Shown here one piece after another: positions 47,277-57,212 of a stretch of DNA of 64,000 nt; position 1 is the stretch's first letter, and the number at the start of each line of letters is the position of its first letter. Both the position numbers and the translations under genes were made by a program. The DNA is taken from NCBI GenBank assembly GCA_016432345.1, contig CP066685.1:240236-304235 (forward strand), written 5' to 3'. This DNA comes from Candidatus Levyibacteriota bacterium (GTDB taxonomy: Bacteria > Patescibacteriota > Microgenomatia > Levybacterales > UBA12049). The notes below the pieces were generated by a model. The model saw nothing but the letters and a program-made list of their open reading frames with translations. It was not told where the DNA came from and searched no databases.

Positions 47277-48182
47277 ATGTGGATTGGATTTTTTGGCATA
47301 CTTGTGATTGGTATATTAGGTGGAAGCACCCCAATATTAGTTAAGTTAGGATTAACAGAATTTCCTCCATTGCTACTTACAACACTGCGATTTATCATTG
47401 CGACTATTATATTTTTACCCTTTTTTCTTCAAGAGAAAAGACATCTTACAAGACATGATATTTGGATTTTATTTACTAGATCCCTATTTTTTGCCGGAAA
47501 CGCAGGTATTTTTAGCATTGCTATACAATATACCACAGCAATAATTTCGCAAGTTCTTTATAGTTTTGTTCCTGGGATAGTTTTGGTTATGAGTTTTCTT
47601 TTTTTACGAGAGAATATGACAAAACAAAGAATCATAGGTTTATTTATTGCAGTAATTGGTGTTGGTATTCTTATTCAACAATCAATTATAAAAACAGAGG
47701 TATTAACATTTGGCACCTTGATTGGTAATATGTTGACCTTGCTTGCAGCTTTATCATGGTCTGCATATACTGTGGTTTCAAAGAGATTGACAGATGTCTA
47801 TAGTCCGGTTGTTACCACATTTGCAAGTTTTGTAACAATAATAATTATTCTTGTTCCCCTTTTACCTATTGAGTATATATTGCAACCAGTACAACTGGAA
47901 AATGTTGATTTGTCTGGTGTTGGTAGTGTTATGTACTTGGGTATTTTTTCTTCTGCATTTATGTTTTTTCTTACACAATTATTAATACAAAAGACAAGTT
48001 CTTTTGTTACATCACTTTCTCAATATCTAGCGCCATTTGCCGGTGCTATGATTGCTATTCCGATTTTAGGAGAAAAACTTACGCCACTGTTTTTTCTTGC
48101 AGGAGTTTGTGTAGTTGTCGGTGTTTTTTACGCAACAAGTTACGAAGGTGTAAGAAAACACATAAAATCCGTGTTACAATAA
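47277..48182 (+). CDS. DMT/EamA family transporter
   Basis: About 10 TMs in two EamA-like halves; LRF..A, FLRE and ILGEKLT motifs. Confidence 0.9.
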   Translation: MWIGFFGILVIGILGGSTPILVKLGLTEFPPLLLTTLRFIIATIIFLPFFLQEKRHLTRHDIWILFTRSLFFAGNAGIFSIAIQYTTAIISQVLYSFVPGIVLVMSFLFLRENMTKQRIIGLFIAVIGVGILIQQSIIKTEVLTFGTLIGNMLTLLAALSWSAYTVVSKRLTDVYSPVVTTFASFVTIIIILVPLLPIEYILQPVQLENVDLSGVGSVMYLGIFSSAFMFFLTQLLIQKTSSFVTSLSQYLAPFAGAMIAIPILGEKLTPLFFLAGVCVVVGVFYATSYEGVRKHIKSVLQ

Positions 48183-48186
48183 ACTC

Positions 48187-48627
48187 ATGAAGAATGAGGA
48201 GCTTGTTGAAGAGTCTTGGGATAAGAAAAAAATTGCGATTGCAGCAATACTTCTTTTTTGTCTTGTTGGTTTTGTGTATGCAGCGAAAAATTATTTTTTA
48301 GAGAGTTTTGAGCAAACACGAAAGACATCTCCGAAATCACCTGGTTCTGTTGCAGGTGCTTCTGCAGAGGAAAATAAAGACTCGTCTTCCGATTCAAAAG
48401 ATGACAGTAAACCATTCTCTTTTACATTTAATTCCTCTTCAATTCGATCTGAAGCGCAGAAAAAATTGGATTCTCTAAAAGAACAGGTAGGTAATTTAAG
48501 CGTTGAAGATGTTGCGTCTTCGTCTCCACAACTGCAGAGAGTAATCAATGACATAAAGGCTTTAGAACAATACCCCAAAAACCAGGCAAAACAGATGTGT
48601 GAGAATATTTGTAAGAGCTTAGAATGA
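48187..48627 (+). CDS. Hypothetical single-TM protein
   Basis: TM helix, Ser-rich linker, C-terminal CxxxC; extended -10 6 nt upstream. Confidence 0.7.
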   Translation: MKNEELVEESWDKKKIAIAAILLFCLVGFVYAAKNYFLESFEQTRKTSPKSPGSVAGASAEENKDSSSDSKDDSKPFSFTFNSSSIRSEAQKKLDSLKEQVGNLSVEDVASSSPQLQRVINDIKALEQYPKNQAKQMCENICKSLE

Positions 48628-49883
48628 TAAAAAGACTTTTAAGATTTATTGGACCTGGTTTTATTACCGGGGCATCCGATGATGACCCGTCGGGAATTGC
48701 TACCTATTCCCAAACAGGCGCCCAGTTTGGATATGGACAATTGTGGACAGCGCTTTTTTCGTTTCCCCTTATGGTAGCTGTACAGGAAATGTCGGGGCGG
48801 ATCGGTTTGATTACGGGTAAAGGATTGGCTGGTGTTATCAAAGAGCACTATTCAAAAAAAATTTTGTATCCTGCAGTATTGCTTCTTTTTGTGGCTAACA
48901 CTATTAATATAGGCGCAGATTTGGGGGCTATGGCGGCTGTGGCGCAGCTGGTGTTTGGCTTGCCTTTTATTGTGTGGCTGATCGGCATGGTTATTACTAC
49001 ACTGGTTTTGGAAATTTTTGTTTCGTACAAACTTTATGCTAAATATCTTAAATACTTAACTTTCTCTCTTTTTTCTTACGTTATAACTGCATTTATTGTA
49101 AAAATAAATTGGCAAGAGGTATTGACTGCAAGTATTATTCCTTCATTTTCTTTTCATAAAGAATATCTTTTTAACATTGTGGCAATTTTTGGTACAACAA
49201 TTTCGCCTTATCTTTTTTTCTGGCAAGCTTCAGAAGAAGTGGAAGAAGAAGTGGCGCATCATCGAATTCGCAGAATGGGAGCAGGGCAGCCAAAAGTAAC
49301 ACCAAAAGATATTTCGCGCCTTAATATAGATACTATTGTTGGGATGTTTTTCTCTAATCTTGTTATGTGGTTTATTGTTGTTACAACCGGCGCAACCTTA
49401 TTTACTCACGGCATACGAGATATAAAGACTGCCCAAGACGCGGCGTTGGCGCTAAGACCTTTGGCTGGAGATTTTGCATTTGGACTTTTCGCCCTGGGAA
49501 TTATTGGTACAGGTTTTTTGGCAGTGCCAGTTTTAGCTGGTTCGGCATCGTATGCAATTTCTGAAAGCTTTGGTTGGAAAGCAGGATTGTATCAAAAGCT
49601 TAAATCTGCGCATGGATTTTATGGGGCGATAACGATTGCAACATTGATTGGAATTCTTATCAATTTTATAGGCATAGATCCAATGAGCGCGTTATACTAC
49701 ACAGCAGTAATCAATGGGTTTATTGCCCCGCCGCTTTTGATTATTATTCTGCTTATTGCCAATAACAAAGCAATCTTAAAAGACCAAGTAAATGGGAAAT
49801 TGCTTAATATCTTAGGTATTGCAACTGTTGTTATTATGATTATTGCTGCTGTTTTGCTGGCTGCATCATTATGGAAGAATTAA
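48624..49883 (+). CDS. NRAMP-family divalent metal transporter
   Basis: [34 protein letters not shown]. Confidence 0.9.
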   Translation: MIKRLLRFIGPGFITGASDDDPSGIATYSQTGAQFGYGQLWTALFSFPLMVAVQEMSGRIGLITGKGLAGVIKEHYSKKILYPAVLLLFVANTINIGADLGAMAAVAQLVFGLPFIVWLIGMVITTLVLEIFVSYKLYAKYLKYLTFSLFSYVITAFIVKINWQEVLTASIIPSFSFHKEYLFNIVAIFGTTISPYLFFWQASEEVEEEVAHHRIRRMGAGQPKVTPKDISRLNIDTIVGMFFSNLVMWFIVVTTGATLFTHGIRDIKTAQDAALALRPLAGDFAFGLFALGIIGTGFLAVPVLAGSASYAISESFGWKAGLYQKLKSAHGFYGAITIATLIGILINFIGIDPMSALYYTAVINGFIAPPLLIIILLIANNKAILKDQVNGKLLNILGIATVVIMIIAAVLLAASLWKN

Positions 49884-50884
49884 AAGAAAAAACTCAAAAA
49901 TTTTTAGAAAAAATTGATGTGGAAGAAAAAAGAAAGCAAATTCGTCAATTAGAGGCAGAAAGTACTCAAGTAGCATTTTGGCAAGACCACAAAAGCGCAG
50001 CTCAAAAAATGAAACTGTTGTCTGATTTACAAAAAGAGGTTGAAGAATTAGATTGGCTTTCTGAACTTATTAATAATGGTGAGTATGGAGAAGCAGAAAA
50101 AATACTTAAAAAATTAGAAACTATGTTATATTTTTGCGGTTCATACGATAAAGGCGCTGCGATTTTGTCAATTCATTCAGGTCAAGGCGGAGTTGAGGCA
50201 ATGGACTGGGCGCAAATGCTGTACAGAATGTACACCAGGTTTTGCGAAAAAAAAGGTTGGGCATATGAAATTATCGAAGAAACACCAGGGGACGAAGCGG
50301 GTTTAAAAAGTATTACTATTTCAGTTGATGGAAAATACGCATACGGTAATCTTAAATATGAGGCAGGCGTTCACAGGCTGGTTCGACAATCGCCCTTTAA
50401 TGCAGATAAGTTGCGACAAACCTCCTTTGCTTTAATTGAGGTACTGCCGCAAATAGAAGATGATAAAGAAATTGTGGTAAAAGATGACGATTTGGAATGG
50501 GAATTCTATCGAAGCGGCGGCCACGGCGGGCAGAATGTTAATAAAGTTTCAACTGCTGTTAGGCTTAAACACAAGCCAACAGGAATTATTGTAACAGCGC
50601 AATCAGAGCGATATCAGGGGCAAAACAGAGAGAATGCTCTAAAAATTTTACGGGCGAAATTGTGGCTCTTTGAAGAAGAGGAAAGAAAAAAAGAGGAGCA
50701 AAAATTAAAAGGAGGATACAAAACTCCTGGTTGGGGAAACCAGATTCGTTCTTACGTTTTGCATCCATACCATATGGTAAAGGATTTACGTACAAATTTT
50801 GAGACGGCAAATACAGAAGCAGTCTTAAATGGAGAATTAGAGGGATTTATAGAAGATGAATTAAGAGGGTTGTCAAATGTTTAA
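49871..50884 (+). CDS. prfB: Peptide chain release factor 2
   Basis: SPF specificity motif (VRQSPF), [20 protein letters not shown]; single uninterrupted frame. Confidence 0.95.
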   Translation: MEELKEKTQKFLEKIDVEEKRKQIRQLEAESTQVAFWQDHKSAAQKMKLLSDLQKEVEELDWLSELINNGEYGEAEKILKKLETMLYFCGSYDKGAAILSIHSGQGGVEAMDWAQMLYRMYTRFCEKKGWAYEIIEETPGDEAGLKSITISVDGKYAYGNLKYEAGVHRLVRQSPFNADKLRQTSFALIEVLPQIEDDKEIVVKDDDLEWEFYRSGGHGGQNVNKVSTAVRLKHKPTGIIVTAQSERYQGQNRENALKILRAKLWLFEEEERKKEEQKLKGGYKTPGWGNQIRSYVLHPYHMVKDLRTNFETANTEAVLNGELEGFIEDELRGLSNV

Positions 50885-50915
50885 AAATGTGATTTACTAG
50901 AGAAGGAGGATTATC

Positions 50916-51383
50916 ATGGAGAAGATGGAGAAAAAGGAAAATCAAGAAGTGCTCCATGAATTTAATAAAGACGTTAAAATTTCTATGTTTTCAACAAAAT
51001 TTCTTGCGATTGTTGGCGTAGCTATTATATTTGGTTTGGGCAGCGGCTATTTGTTAGCTTCGTACGATACTGGCAGTATGGTTTCTAAAATAAATGGCAC
51101 TACTGGCGAGTCGTCAGTTTCTAAAGGAACAATTGTTGGCTCAAGTGATACAAAAACTTTTAAAGATACCGCAGAGGGAGTGCTTGAAGAAGGCGGAATT
51201 GAAGACGAGGGGCAATATCATCTGGTTAGACCAGGCGGAGATAGCCAAAATGTGTATTTAACATCATCAATTGTTGATCTGTCTGTTTTTGTTAAGAAAA
51301 AGGTAAAAGTGTGGGGAGAGACAAATGCTGCAAAAAGAGCTGGTTGGCTCATGGACGTGGGTCGGGTAGAAGTATTAGAATAA
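50916..51383 (+). CDS. Hypothetical single-TM protein (OB-fold-like C-terminus possible)
   Basis: SD AAGGAGG upstream, TM helix, beta-rich C-terminus. Confidence 0.7.
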   Translation: MEKMEKKENQEVLHEFNKDVKISMFSTKFLAIVGVAIIFGLGSGYLLASYDTGSMVSKINGTTGESSVSKGTIVGSSDTKTFKDTAEGVLEEGGIEDEGQYHLVRPGGDSQNVYLTSSIVDLSVFVKKKVKVWGETNAAKRAGWLMDVGRVEVLE

Positions 51384-51389
51384 TTCCTC

Positions 51390-52073
51390 ATGATAAAACT
51401 TGATAAAGTTTCCAAGACTTTTATGCTTGGCACATCTAGCTTAACAGATATAACTCTGACTATTGAGAAAGGAGAATTTGTTTTTGTGGTTGGCCCAACA
51501 GGAAGCGGTAAAACAACACTTTTTAGACTTTTAATTAGGGATATGTTTCCGACAAAAGGCACCATAGTTGTGGGAGAATTTGATGTTACCAAATTATCCA
51601 GCCGCAAGGTTCCACATCTTCGAAAAAAAATCGGCGTGGTATTTCAGGATTTAAAACTGCTAATGGATCGGACAATTTTTGAAAATGTTATGTTACCATT
51701 GGAAGTGTCTGGTATAAAACCAGAAGAAGCAAAAAAAAGAGTTGAAGACGTATTAAAACATGTTGGAATTTTGGAGCAATATAATAAATTTCCCATACAG
51801 CTTTCTGGAGGAGAGCGACAACGGGCGGCAATAGCCAGGGCGCTAGTTTTTTCGCCAGATATTCTTTTGGCAGATGAGCCAACTGGTAATTTAGATCCAA
51901 AGACGGGTCAGGAGATTGTAAAAATTTTGCAGGGAATAAATGAGAAAGGAACAACTGTAATTATGGCCACACATAATGTGGATATTGTAAATAATTTGGG
52001 AAAAAGAGTAGTGGCGTTAGATAAAGGAAAATTGATTCGCGATCAGAAAAAAGGAAAATATGCGACATCTTAA
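51390..52073 (+). CDS. ftsE: Cell division ATP-binding protein FtsE
   Basis: GPTGSGKTT, IGVVFQD.KLL, LSGGE.QR, ADEPTGNLD; adjacent to ftsX. Confidence 0.92.
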   Translation: MIKLDKVSKTFMLGTSSLTDITLTIEKGEFVFVVGPTGSGKTTLFRLLIRDMFPTKGTIVVGEFDVTKLSSRKVPHLRKKIGVVFQDLKLLMDRTIFENVMLPLEVSGIKPEEAKKRVEDVLKHVGILEQYNKFPIQLSGGERQRAAIARALVFSPDILLADEPTGNLDPKTGQEIVKILQGINEKGTTVIMATHNVDIVNNLGKRVVALDKGKLIRDQKKGKYATS

Positions 52074-52926
52074 AACAGCCTGGCGACATATTAGGCGTTC
52101 TCCCTACCAAGCGTTTGCCGCTGTTTTTATTATGGCCCAAACCTTTTTTGTGTTAACTTTTTTTGCCTTTTTAATATTTGCTTCATCTCGAATTATCGCC
52201 TATTTTGAGTCAGTCCCACAAGTAACAGCCTTTTTTAAGGAAGAGGCAAAACAGGAAGATATAGATACTCTTTCGCAAAAAGTAAAAGAGACGGGTAAAA
52301 TTGCAAAGCTGGAATTTGTGTCCAAAGAAGAAGCGCTCAAGATTTATAAAGAACAAAATAAAGATGATCCATTGCTTTTAGAGCTTGTTACGGCAGAAAT
52401 TTTGCCTGCGGCGCTAAAGGTTTCTGCCATAAAAATAGATGATCTAACGCAAATATCAGAAATGCTTAGTGGTTCGATAATTGTTGAGCGGGTTATTTTT
52501 CAAAAAGATGTTGTGCAAAATCTGGCGGTGTGGACAAATGCCTTGCGTAAAATTGGAATAGCATTAAGTGCTATTTTAGCCTTGGATGCGATATTTCTGA
52601 TGGTAATTATTATTGGTATTAAAATATCTCAGAAAAAAGACGAAATCGAAATTGTTCGGCTTATTGGAGCAACAGGATGGTATGTAAGGTGGCCGTTTAT
52701 TTACGAAGGTGTATTTTATGGAGTAAGTGGAGCATTTTTGGGGTGGCTTTTGGCCTTAGGGCTTTTTTGGTACGCTACACCATTTTTGTCGTCTTTCTTA
52801 AAGGGAATTCCGCTTTTTCCAATTCCGATTATTTTTTTCTTCCAGCTTCTAGGGATTGAGCTTTTAATCGCGATATTTTTAGGAATAGTTTCAAGTTTTT
52901 TAAGCGTACTTAGATATCTTAAATAA
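52060..52926 (+). CDS. ftsX: Cell division permease FtsX
   Basis: FVSKEEAL, EIEIVRLIGAT.WYVR.PF..EG motifs. Confidence 0.92.
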   Translation: MRHLKTAWRHIRRSPYQAFAAVFIMAQTFFVLTFFAFLIFASSRIIAYFESVPQVTAFFKEEAKQEDIDTLSQKVKETGKIAKLEFVSKEEALKIYKEQNKDDPLLLELVTAEILPAALKVSAIKIDDLTQISEMLSGSIIVERVIFQKDVVQNLAVWTNALRKIGIALSAILALDAIFLMVIIIGIKISQKKDEIEIVRLIGATGWYVRWPFIYEGVFYGVSGAFLGWLLALGLFWYATPFLSSFLKGIPLFPIPIIFFFQLLGIELLIAIFLGIVSSFLSVLRYLK

Positions 52927-52955
52927 GAATTAGGAATAATGAATTATGAATTATG
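52927..52955 (+). repeat. Heptamer repeat (GAATWAK)x4, intergenic
   Basis: gaattag gaataat gaattat gaattat. Confidence 0.7.
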
Positions 52956-54209
52956 GGAATGTGCAAAAAAATAGTCAAATTTTTAATCGTTTTTTTGATC
53001 TTCTTTTCTTTTAACGGAGTTTCTTTTGCGGTCGATGAAACTTCAACGCCTACTCCGTCAGTAACAATTACGCCAGTTCCAGATACCAGCAAAGAGCAAC
53101 AAGATTTACAAAATAAAATAAATGAACTGCAGGGGAAAGTTAAAGATTTACAAGGTCAGGAGCGCACGCTTTCTTCTCAAATTAACGTGATGGATAATCA
53201 GATTAAGTTGACCGAACTTCGTATTAACTCGACAAAACAGCAAATAGTTAGTATTTCTGGCGATATCCAAACAGCCAATAAAAAAATTGATTCGCTGGAA
53301 CAGGCGCTTAGGAAATTAACGAAGGTTCTTATCAATAGAATCGTTGTTACATATGAAGTTGGGAGTATTCAACCTTTTCATATACTTTTGGCCTCGGATA
53401 ACGCCCAAGATTTTTTATCGAGACTTAGTTATTTAAAAGTCGCGCAGGAAAACGACAAAAAACTTATTTTCGCCACCCAACAGGCCAAAAACGACTACGT
53501 AACCCAAAAACAGATTTTTGAAGATAAAAAGAAAAAAGTAGAAGCGTTAAAAACGCAGTTAGAAGCATATACCAAACAATTAAGTGTTGACAAGCAAAAT
53601 AGACAGAGATTATTAACAGAAACACAGGGAGACGAAGCAAATTATCAAAAATTACTTGCTCAAGCAGAGGCCCAACTTGCTGCTTTTTCTAACTTTGCCG
53701 CTGCTCGGGGAGGAGCAAGTATTTTAAATAACCAAACTGTTTGTGATGACTGGGGATGTTATTACAATCAACGAGATAGTCAATGGGGCAATAATTCACT
53801 TAATAATACCAAATATACTATTGCGAGTGATGGTTGTTTGGTAACTGCGATGGCAATGGTCTATACCCATTATGGCCATCGGGGTGTTACACCCTTAACC
53901 ATTAACAGCCGATCGGAAAATTTTGCTTCTTATTACCCTGCCTATTTGAGCAAAACTATTATGGCAGATGGAGCAATAAGTAGCAGAGTAAACGCGACTA
54001 TTGATAGCATACTTTCTTCGGGGCATCCGGTGGTTGTTGGAGTTTCCTATGATGGCGGGCCAATTCCAGACCATTTTGTTGTTATAATAAGCGGATCAAA
54101 TGGAAATTATAAAATGAATGATCCATTTACTCCAAATGGTCATAACATAGATTTTTCTAGTTATTATTCGGTTGGTGGTATTCGAGAAATAGCTAAAGTT
54201 GTTTTTTAA
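52953..54209 (+). CDS. Secreted PcsB/CwlO-like coiled-coil protein with C39-like peptidase domain
   Basis: Signal peptide, long coiled coil, YYNQRDSQW, GCLVTAMAM (Cys), HFVVI (His), NDP (Asp); follows ftsEX. Confidence 0.75.
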   Translation: MGMCKKIVKFLIVFLIFFSFNGVSFAVDETSTPTPSVTITPVPDTSKEQQDLQNKINELQGKVKDLQGQERTLSSQINVMDNQIKLTELRINSTKQQIVSISGDIQTANKKIDSLEQALRKLTKVLINRIVVTYEVGSIQPFHILLASDNAQDFLSRLSYLKVAQENDKKLIFATQQAKNDYVTQKQIFEDKKKKVEALKTQLEAYTKQLSVDKQNRQRLLTETQGDEANYQKLLAQAEAQLAAFSNFAAARGGASILNNQTVCDDWGCYYNQRDSQWGNNSLNNTKYTIASDGCLVTAMAMVYTHYGHRGVTPLTINSRSENFASYYPAYLSKTIMADGAISSRVNATIDSILSSGHPVVVGVSYDGGPIPDHFVVIISGSNGNYKMNDPFTPNGHNIDFSSYYSVGGIREIAKVVF

Positions 54210-54214
54210 ACAGC

Positions 54215-55051
54215 ATGTCTGTACCAAGAATTGTTTGGGGCATTTTTTCTGTATTGCTCTTTTTTGTTTTTTATTTTCTTTTTCCGCAAAAAACTTTTGC
54301 CGCATTTTCATTAAGTATTTCAAGTATTAATCCGGATACTGTTTCTAGTAGTGGTCAAGAGGTAACAGTAAATATAAGTATAAATGATTTGCCTAGTGAG
54401 TCTTATTTTCGTGTTGCTTGGCAGAAATCATCGGGTGAGACCTATTTTGGATATATGTTGAATAACAATAATGATTGGGTAAAAGTTGAATCTAGCCAGG
54501 ATTGTAAAAATTACTATAAAATTTCGGATTTAACTACGACGTCTTTAACAATAAAAACAAAAATTGGCGAAGAAAATACAGTCAATAACAGATCATATCT
54601 TTTAAAAGCTAGACGATATACGACTAGTTGTTCTTCATATTATACAGATAGTGATCCGGTTTCAATACAAGTAAATTTTTCTACTTTAACTGCGACACCG
54701 ACACAAGTTCCATTTCCTACTCAAATAAAAACACCTACTCCTATTCCAACAAACAAATCAACCCCAACCTCAAAAGCAACACAAACGCCTACATTTACTT
54801 TTACTCTCACGCCAACAACAAAAGTTGTTGTCCCAACAATAGAGGGAATTGATATTGGTCCAACGTCTATTTTGGGTGAAATGGTTACGGCAGCGCCGTC
54901 GGCAATGCCAACGGAAGCTATACAGAAAGAAGAAGGGCCGTTTTTTGATTTTCCAAAAATTGCCATCGGACTTGGTTTTGTGTTTCTTTCAACGTCTGGT
55001 ATACTAGCGTTTCGAAGTTACAAAAAGAGTCAAGGAGATGATTACAGGTAG
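54215..55051 (+). CDS. Hypothetical surface protein with Pro/Thr-rich linker and C-terminal TM
   Basis: Signal peptide, beta-rich domain, TPT repeats, C-terminal TM and basic tail. Confidence 0.7.
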   Translation: MSVPRIVWGIFSVLLFFVFYFLFPQKTFAAFSLSISSINPDTVSSSGQEVTVNISINDLPSESYFRVAWQKSSGETYFGYMLNNNNDWVKVESSQDCKNYYKISDLTTTSLTIKTKIGEENTVNNRSYLLKARRYTTSCSSYYTDSDPVSIQVNFSTLTATPTQVPFPTQIKTPTPIPTNKSTPTSKATQTPTFTFTLTPTTKVVVPTIEGIDIGPTSILGEMVTAAPSAMPTEAIQKEEGPFFDFPKIAIGLGFVFLSTSGILAFRSYKKSQGDDYR

Positions 55052-55475
55052 CTATAAAAAAACCCAAAGTCTTGGGGAAGAATTTGTTAAAAGGTCGCAC
55101 CTGGTACAAGGTGCGACCTTAACAGCAAAGGTTGTTGCATTGCATGGGGATTTGGGTGGCGGGAAAACAACATTTACCCAGGGAATCGCAAAGGGATTAG
55201 GAATAAAAAGACGAATTATATCGCCGACGTTTGTCGTTGTTAGAACTTATAAAATAAAATTTAAGAAATTTTATCACATTGATTTATATAGAATTCAAAG
55301 TCTAAAAGATATTGAGGGATTGGGAATTGAGGAGATTTTAGAAAATCCAGAAAATATTGTGGTTATTGAATGGGCAGAAAGGCTTGGGGATTTATTACCA
55401 AAAAAAAGAACAGATGTTTATTTTGAATATCTAGATAAAAATAAGCGTAGAATTACTTATGATTTCAAATATTGA
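55038..55475 (+). CDS. tsaE: tRNA threonylcarbamoyladenosine biosynthesis ATPase
   Basis: GDLGGGKTTF, SPTF, YHIDLYR, IEW. Confidence 0.95.
   Translation: MITGSYKKTQSLGEEFVKRSHLVQGATLTAKVVALHGDLGGGKTTFTQGIAKGLGIKRRIISPTFVVVRTYKIKFKKFYHIDLYRIQSLKDIEGLGIEEILENPENIVVIEWAERLGDLLPKKRTDVYFEYLDKNKRRITYDFKY
55091..55124. repeat. 30-bp palindromic element, copy 3 (in-frame in tsaE)
   Basis: AAGGTCGCACCT-GGTACA-AGGTGCGACCTT+AACA. Confidence 0.92.
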
Positions 55476-56034
55476 GAAAGCAATTAAAATATTAAAAGAG
55501 GGGGGGATTGTAATTTTTCCCACAGACACTGCTTTTGGTATTGGCTGTCGAGTAGACAATAAAGAATCGGTGCGAAGGTTATTCAAAATTAGAAAGCGGC
55601 CCCAAACTCAAGCAATGTCTATTTTAATTGATACAATTACAATGGCAAAAAAGTATGTTTTGAAAATTCCACAGGATGTTATAGATAAACTTATCGAGCC
55701 GTATTGGCCTGGCGCATTAACAATTGTTTTATCGGCAAATATGAAATCGGTTTCATCGTTAGTTAGGGGTGGAGGAGAAACAGTTGGGGTAAGAATTCCA
55801 AACCACGCAATTGCCAGAAAACTTATTCGTGGTGTGGGTGTTGGTATTTTGGGTCCCTCGGCAAATTTCCATGATGAACAAACACCTTATCGGTATGAGG
55901 ATTTAAATCCAAAACTCATAAAATTAGTTGATTATGTTATTCCAGGCGAATGTTTGGTTGGCAAGGCGTCCACTGTTATTGATTGTTCAGAAAAACCGTG
56001 GGCAGTGGTTAGAGAGGGAGCAATCAAATTATGA
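55459..56034 (+). CDS. tsaC: Threonylcarbamoyl-AMP synthase (YrdC/Sua5 N-domain)
   Basis: FPTDT.FG, WPGALT, GVRIP, PSAN, ST.ID, VREGAI. Confidence 0.93.
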   Translation: MISNIEKAIKILKEGGIVIFPTDTAFGIGCRVDNKESVRRLFKIRKRPQTQAMSILIDTITMAKKYVLKIPQDVIDKLIEPYWPGALTIVLSANMKSVSSLVRGGGETVGVRIPNHAIARKLIRGVGVGILGPSANFHDEQTPYRYEDLNPKLIKLVDYVIPGECLVGKASTVIDCSEKPWAVVREGAIKL

Positions 56035-56342
56035 CTACTTTAATAATAGATACTTCAAGTAATGAGTATATTTATGTTGGATTATCCATTGATGGGAAAA
56101 CAGATAATATCAAACAAAAAATTGATGCAAGAAAGGCTCAGGTGGTGCTTCCACTTATTGACAAGCTTTTAGACAAGCATCAATTGAAGCCAACGGACAT
56201 TAGTTCTATAGAAGTTAATGTTGGTCCTGGGTCTTTTACCGGCCTTCGAGTAGGGATGGTTATAGCAAATGCGTTAGCTTATTCACTAAAAATTTCGGTA
56301 AATAATAAACCAGTTGGAGAATTTATTGAACCCACTTATTAA
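56031..56342 (+). CDS. tsaB: TsaB-like protein, N-terminal domain only
   Basis: LIIDTS, GPGSFTGLRVG...ANALA, C-terminal P.Y; only 103 aa. Confidence 0.85.
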   Translation: MTTLIIDTSSNEYIYVGLSIDGKTDNIKQKIDARKAQVVLPLIDKLLDKHQLKPTDISSIEVNVGPGSFTGLRVGMVIANALAYSLKISVNNKPVGEFIEPTY

Positions 56343-56360
56343 TATTGTTATACTGGTTGT

Positions 56361-57212
56361 ATGTTTCTAAAATTTCTACATCATTTTTTTCTTCCTCATG
56401 AGTCTAATAATCACCGGCCTAAAGTTCTTCATCACACATCGCTGATGTTTTTTATTTTTGTTTTTCTGGTTGGACAAATAATGATGGGATCGGCAAAAGC
56501 AAATTTTGGAGATGTTTTGGGAGCAAAGATCGATGTCTCTGTAGAGCGGCTTTTGCAGTTAACAAATGACGAAAGACAGAATAAAGGCTTAAGATCGCTT
56601 CTTCTAAATGATAAATTGTCCAAAGCCGCTTTTTTAAAAGGTACATATATGCTTCAGAAAAATTATTGGGCTCATAATGCGCCTGATGGGACAACGCCAT
56701 GGGTTTTTATTAGACAGACAAAGTATGACTATGTTTATGCTGGAGAAAACTTAGCGCGGGGATTTACAAATTCTTCTGATGTTGTTAAGGCATGGATGGA
56801 AAGTCCAACACATAGAGATAATATGCTTTCCACAAATTATAAAGACATTGGTTTTTCGGTGTTAGAAGGAAAACTGTTAGGAGAGGATACCACATTAGTT
56901 GTTGAGATGTTTGGCAGTACAGAACCTATGGTGCTTGGAAGCCAACCTGAAAAGACTATTCCGAGTAAAGAGGTTCTTCCTCAAATTGCTTTAGAAAAAG
57001 TAATAAATACGCCAGTTTTTGATATTTCATTAGTCTCGCGATATGTGGGGATAGCCACACTAGCCCTATTTATTTTTATTTTTGTTATTGACCTAATTAT
57101 CATAGAAAGAAGAAAAATCGTGAGGCTTGTTGGACATAATTTAGATCATATAACATTTCTTTTTATGATATTGTTATTTATTATTCTTTTTAATCGCGGA
57201 TCAATTTTATGA
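56361..57212 (+). CDS. CAP (SCP) domain membrane protein
   Basis: LTN.ER...GL..L, YWAH..P.G..PW, AGENLA, AWM.SPTHR.N.L. Confidence 0.9.
   Translation: MFLKFLHHFFLPHESNNHRPKVLHHTSLMFFIFVFLVGQIMMGSAKANFGDVLGAKIDVSVERLLQLTNDERQNKGLRSLLLNDKLSKAAFLKGTYMLQKNYWAHNAPDGTTPWVFIRQTKYDYVYAGENLARGFTNSSDVVKAWMESPTHRDNMLSTNYKDIGFSVLEGKLLGEDTTLVVEMFGSTEPMVLGSQPEKTIPSKEVLPQIALEKVINTPVFDISLVSRYVGIATLALFIFIFVIDLIIIERRKIVRLVGHNLDHITFLFMILLFIILFNRGSIL

Noticed and set aside
49871..49960. Programmed +1 frameshift in prfB
   Set aside because: No CTT-TGA slippery site; the ORF is continuous from ATG 49871.
54690..54830. Pro/Thr-rich repeats as a DNA repeat element
   Set aside because: Codons vary; this is an ordinary low-complexity protein linker.
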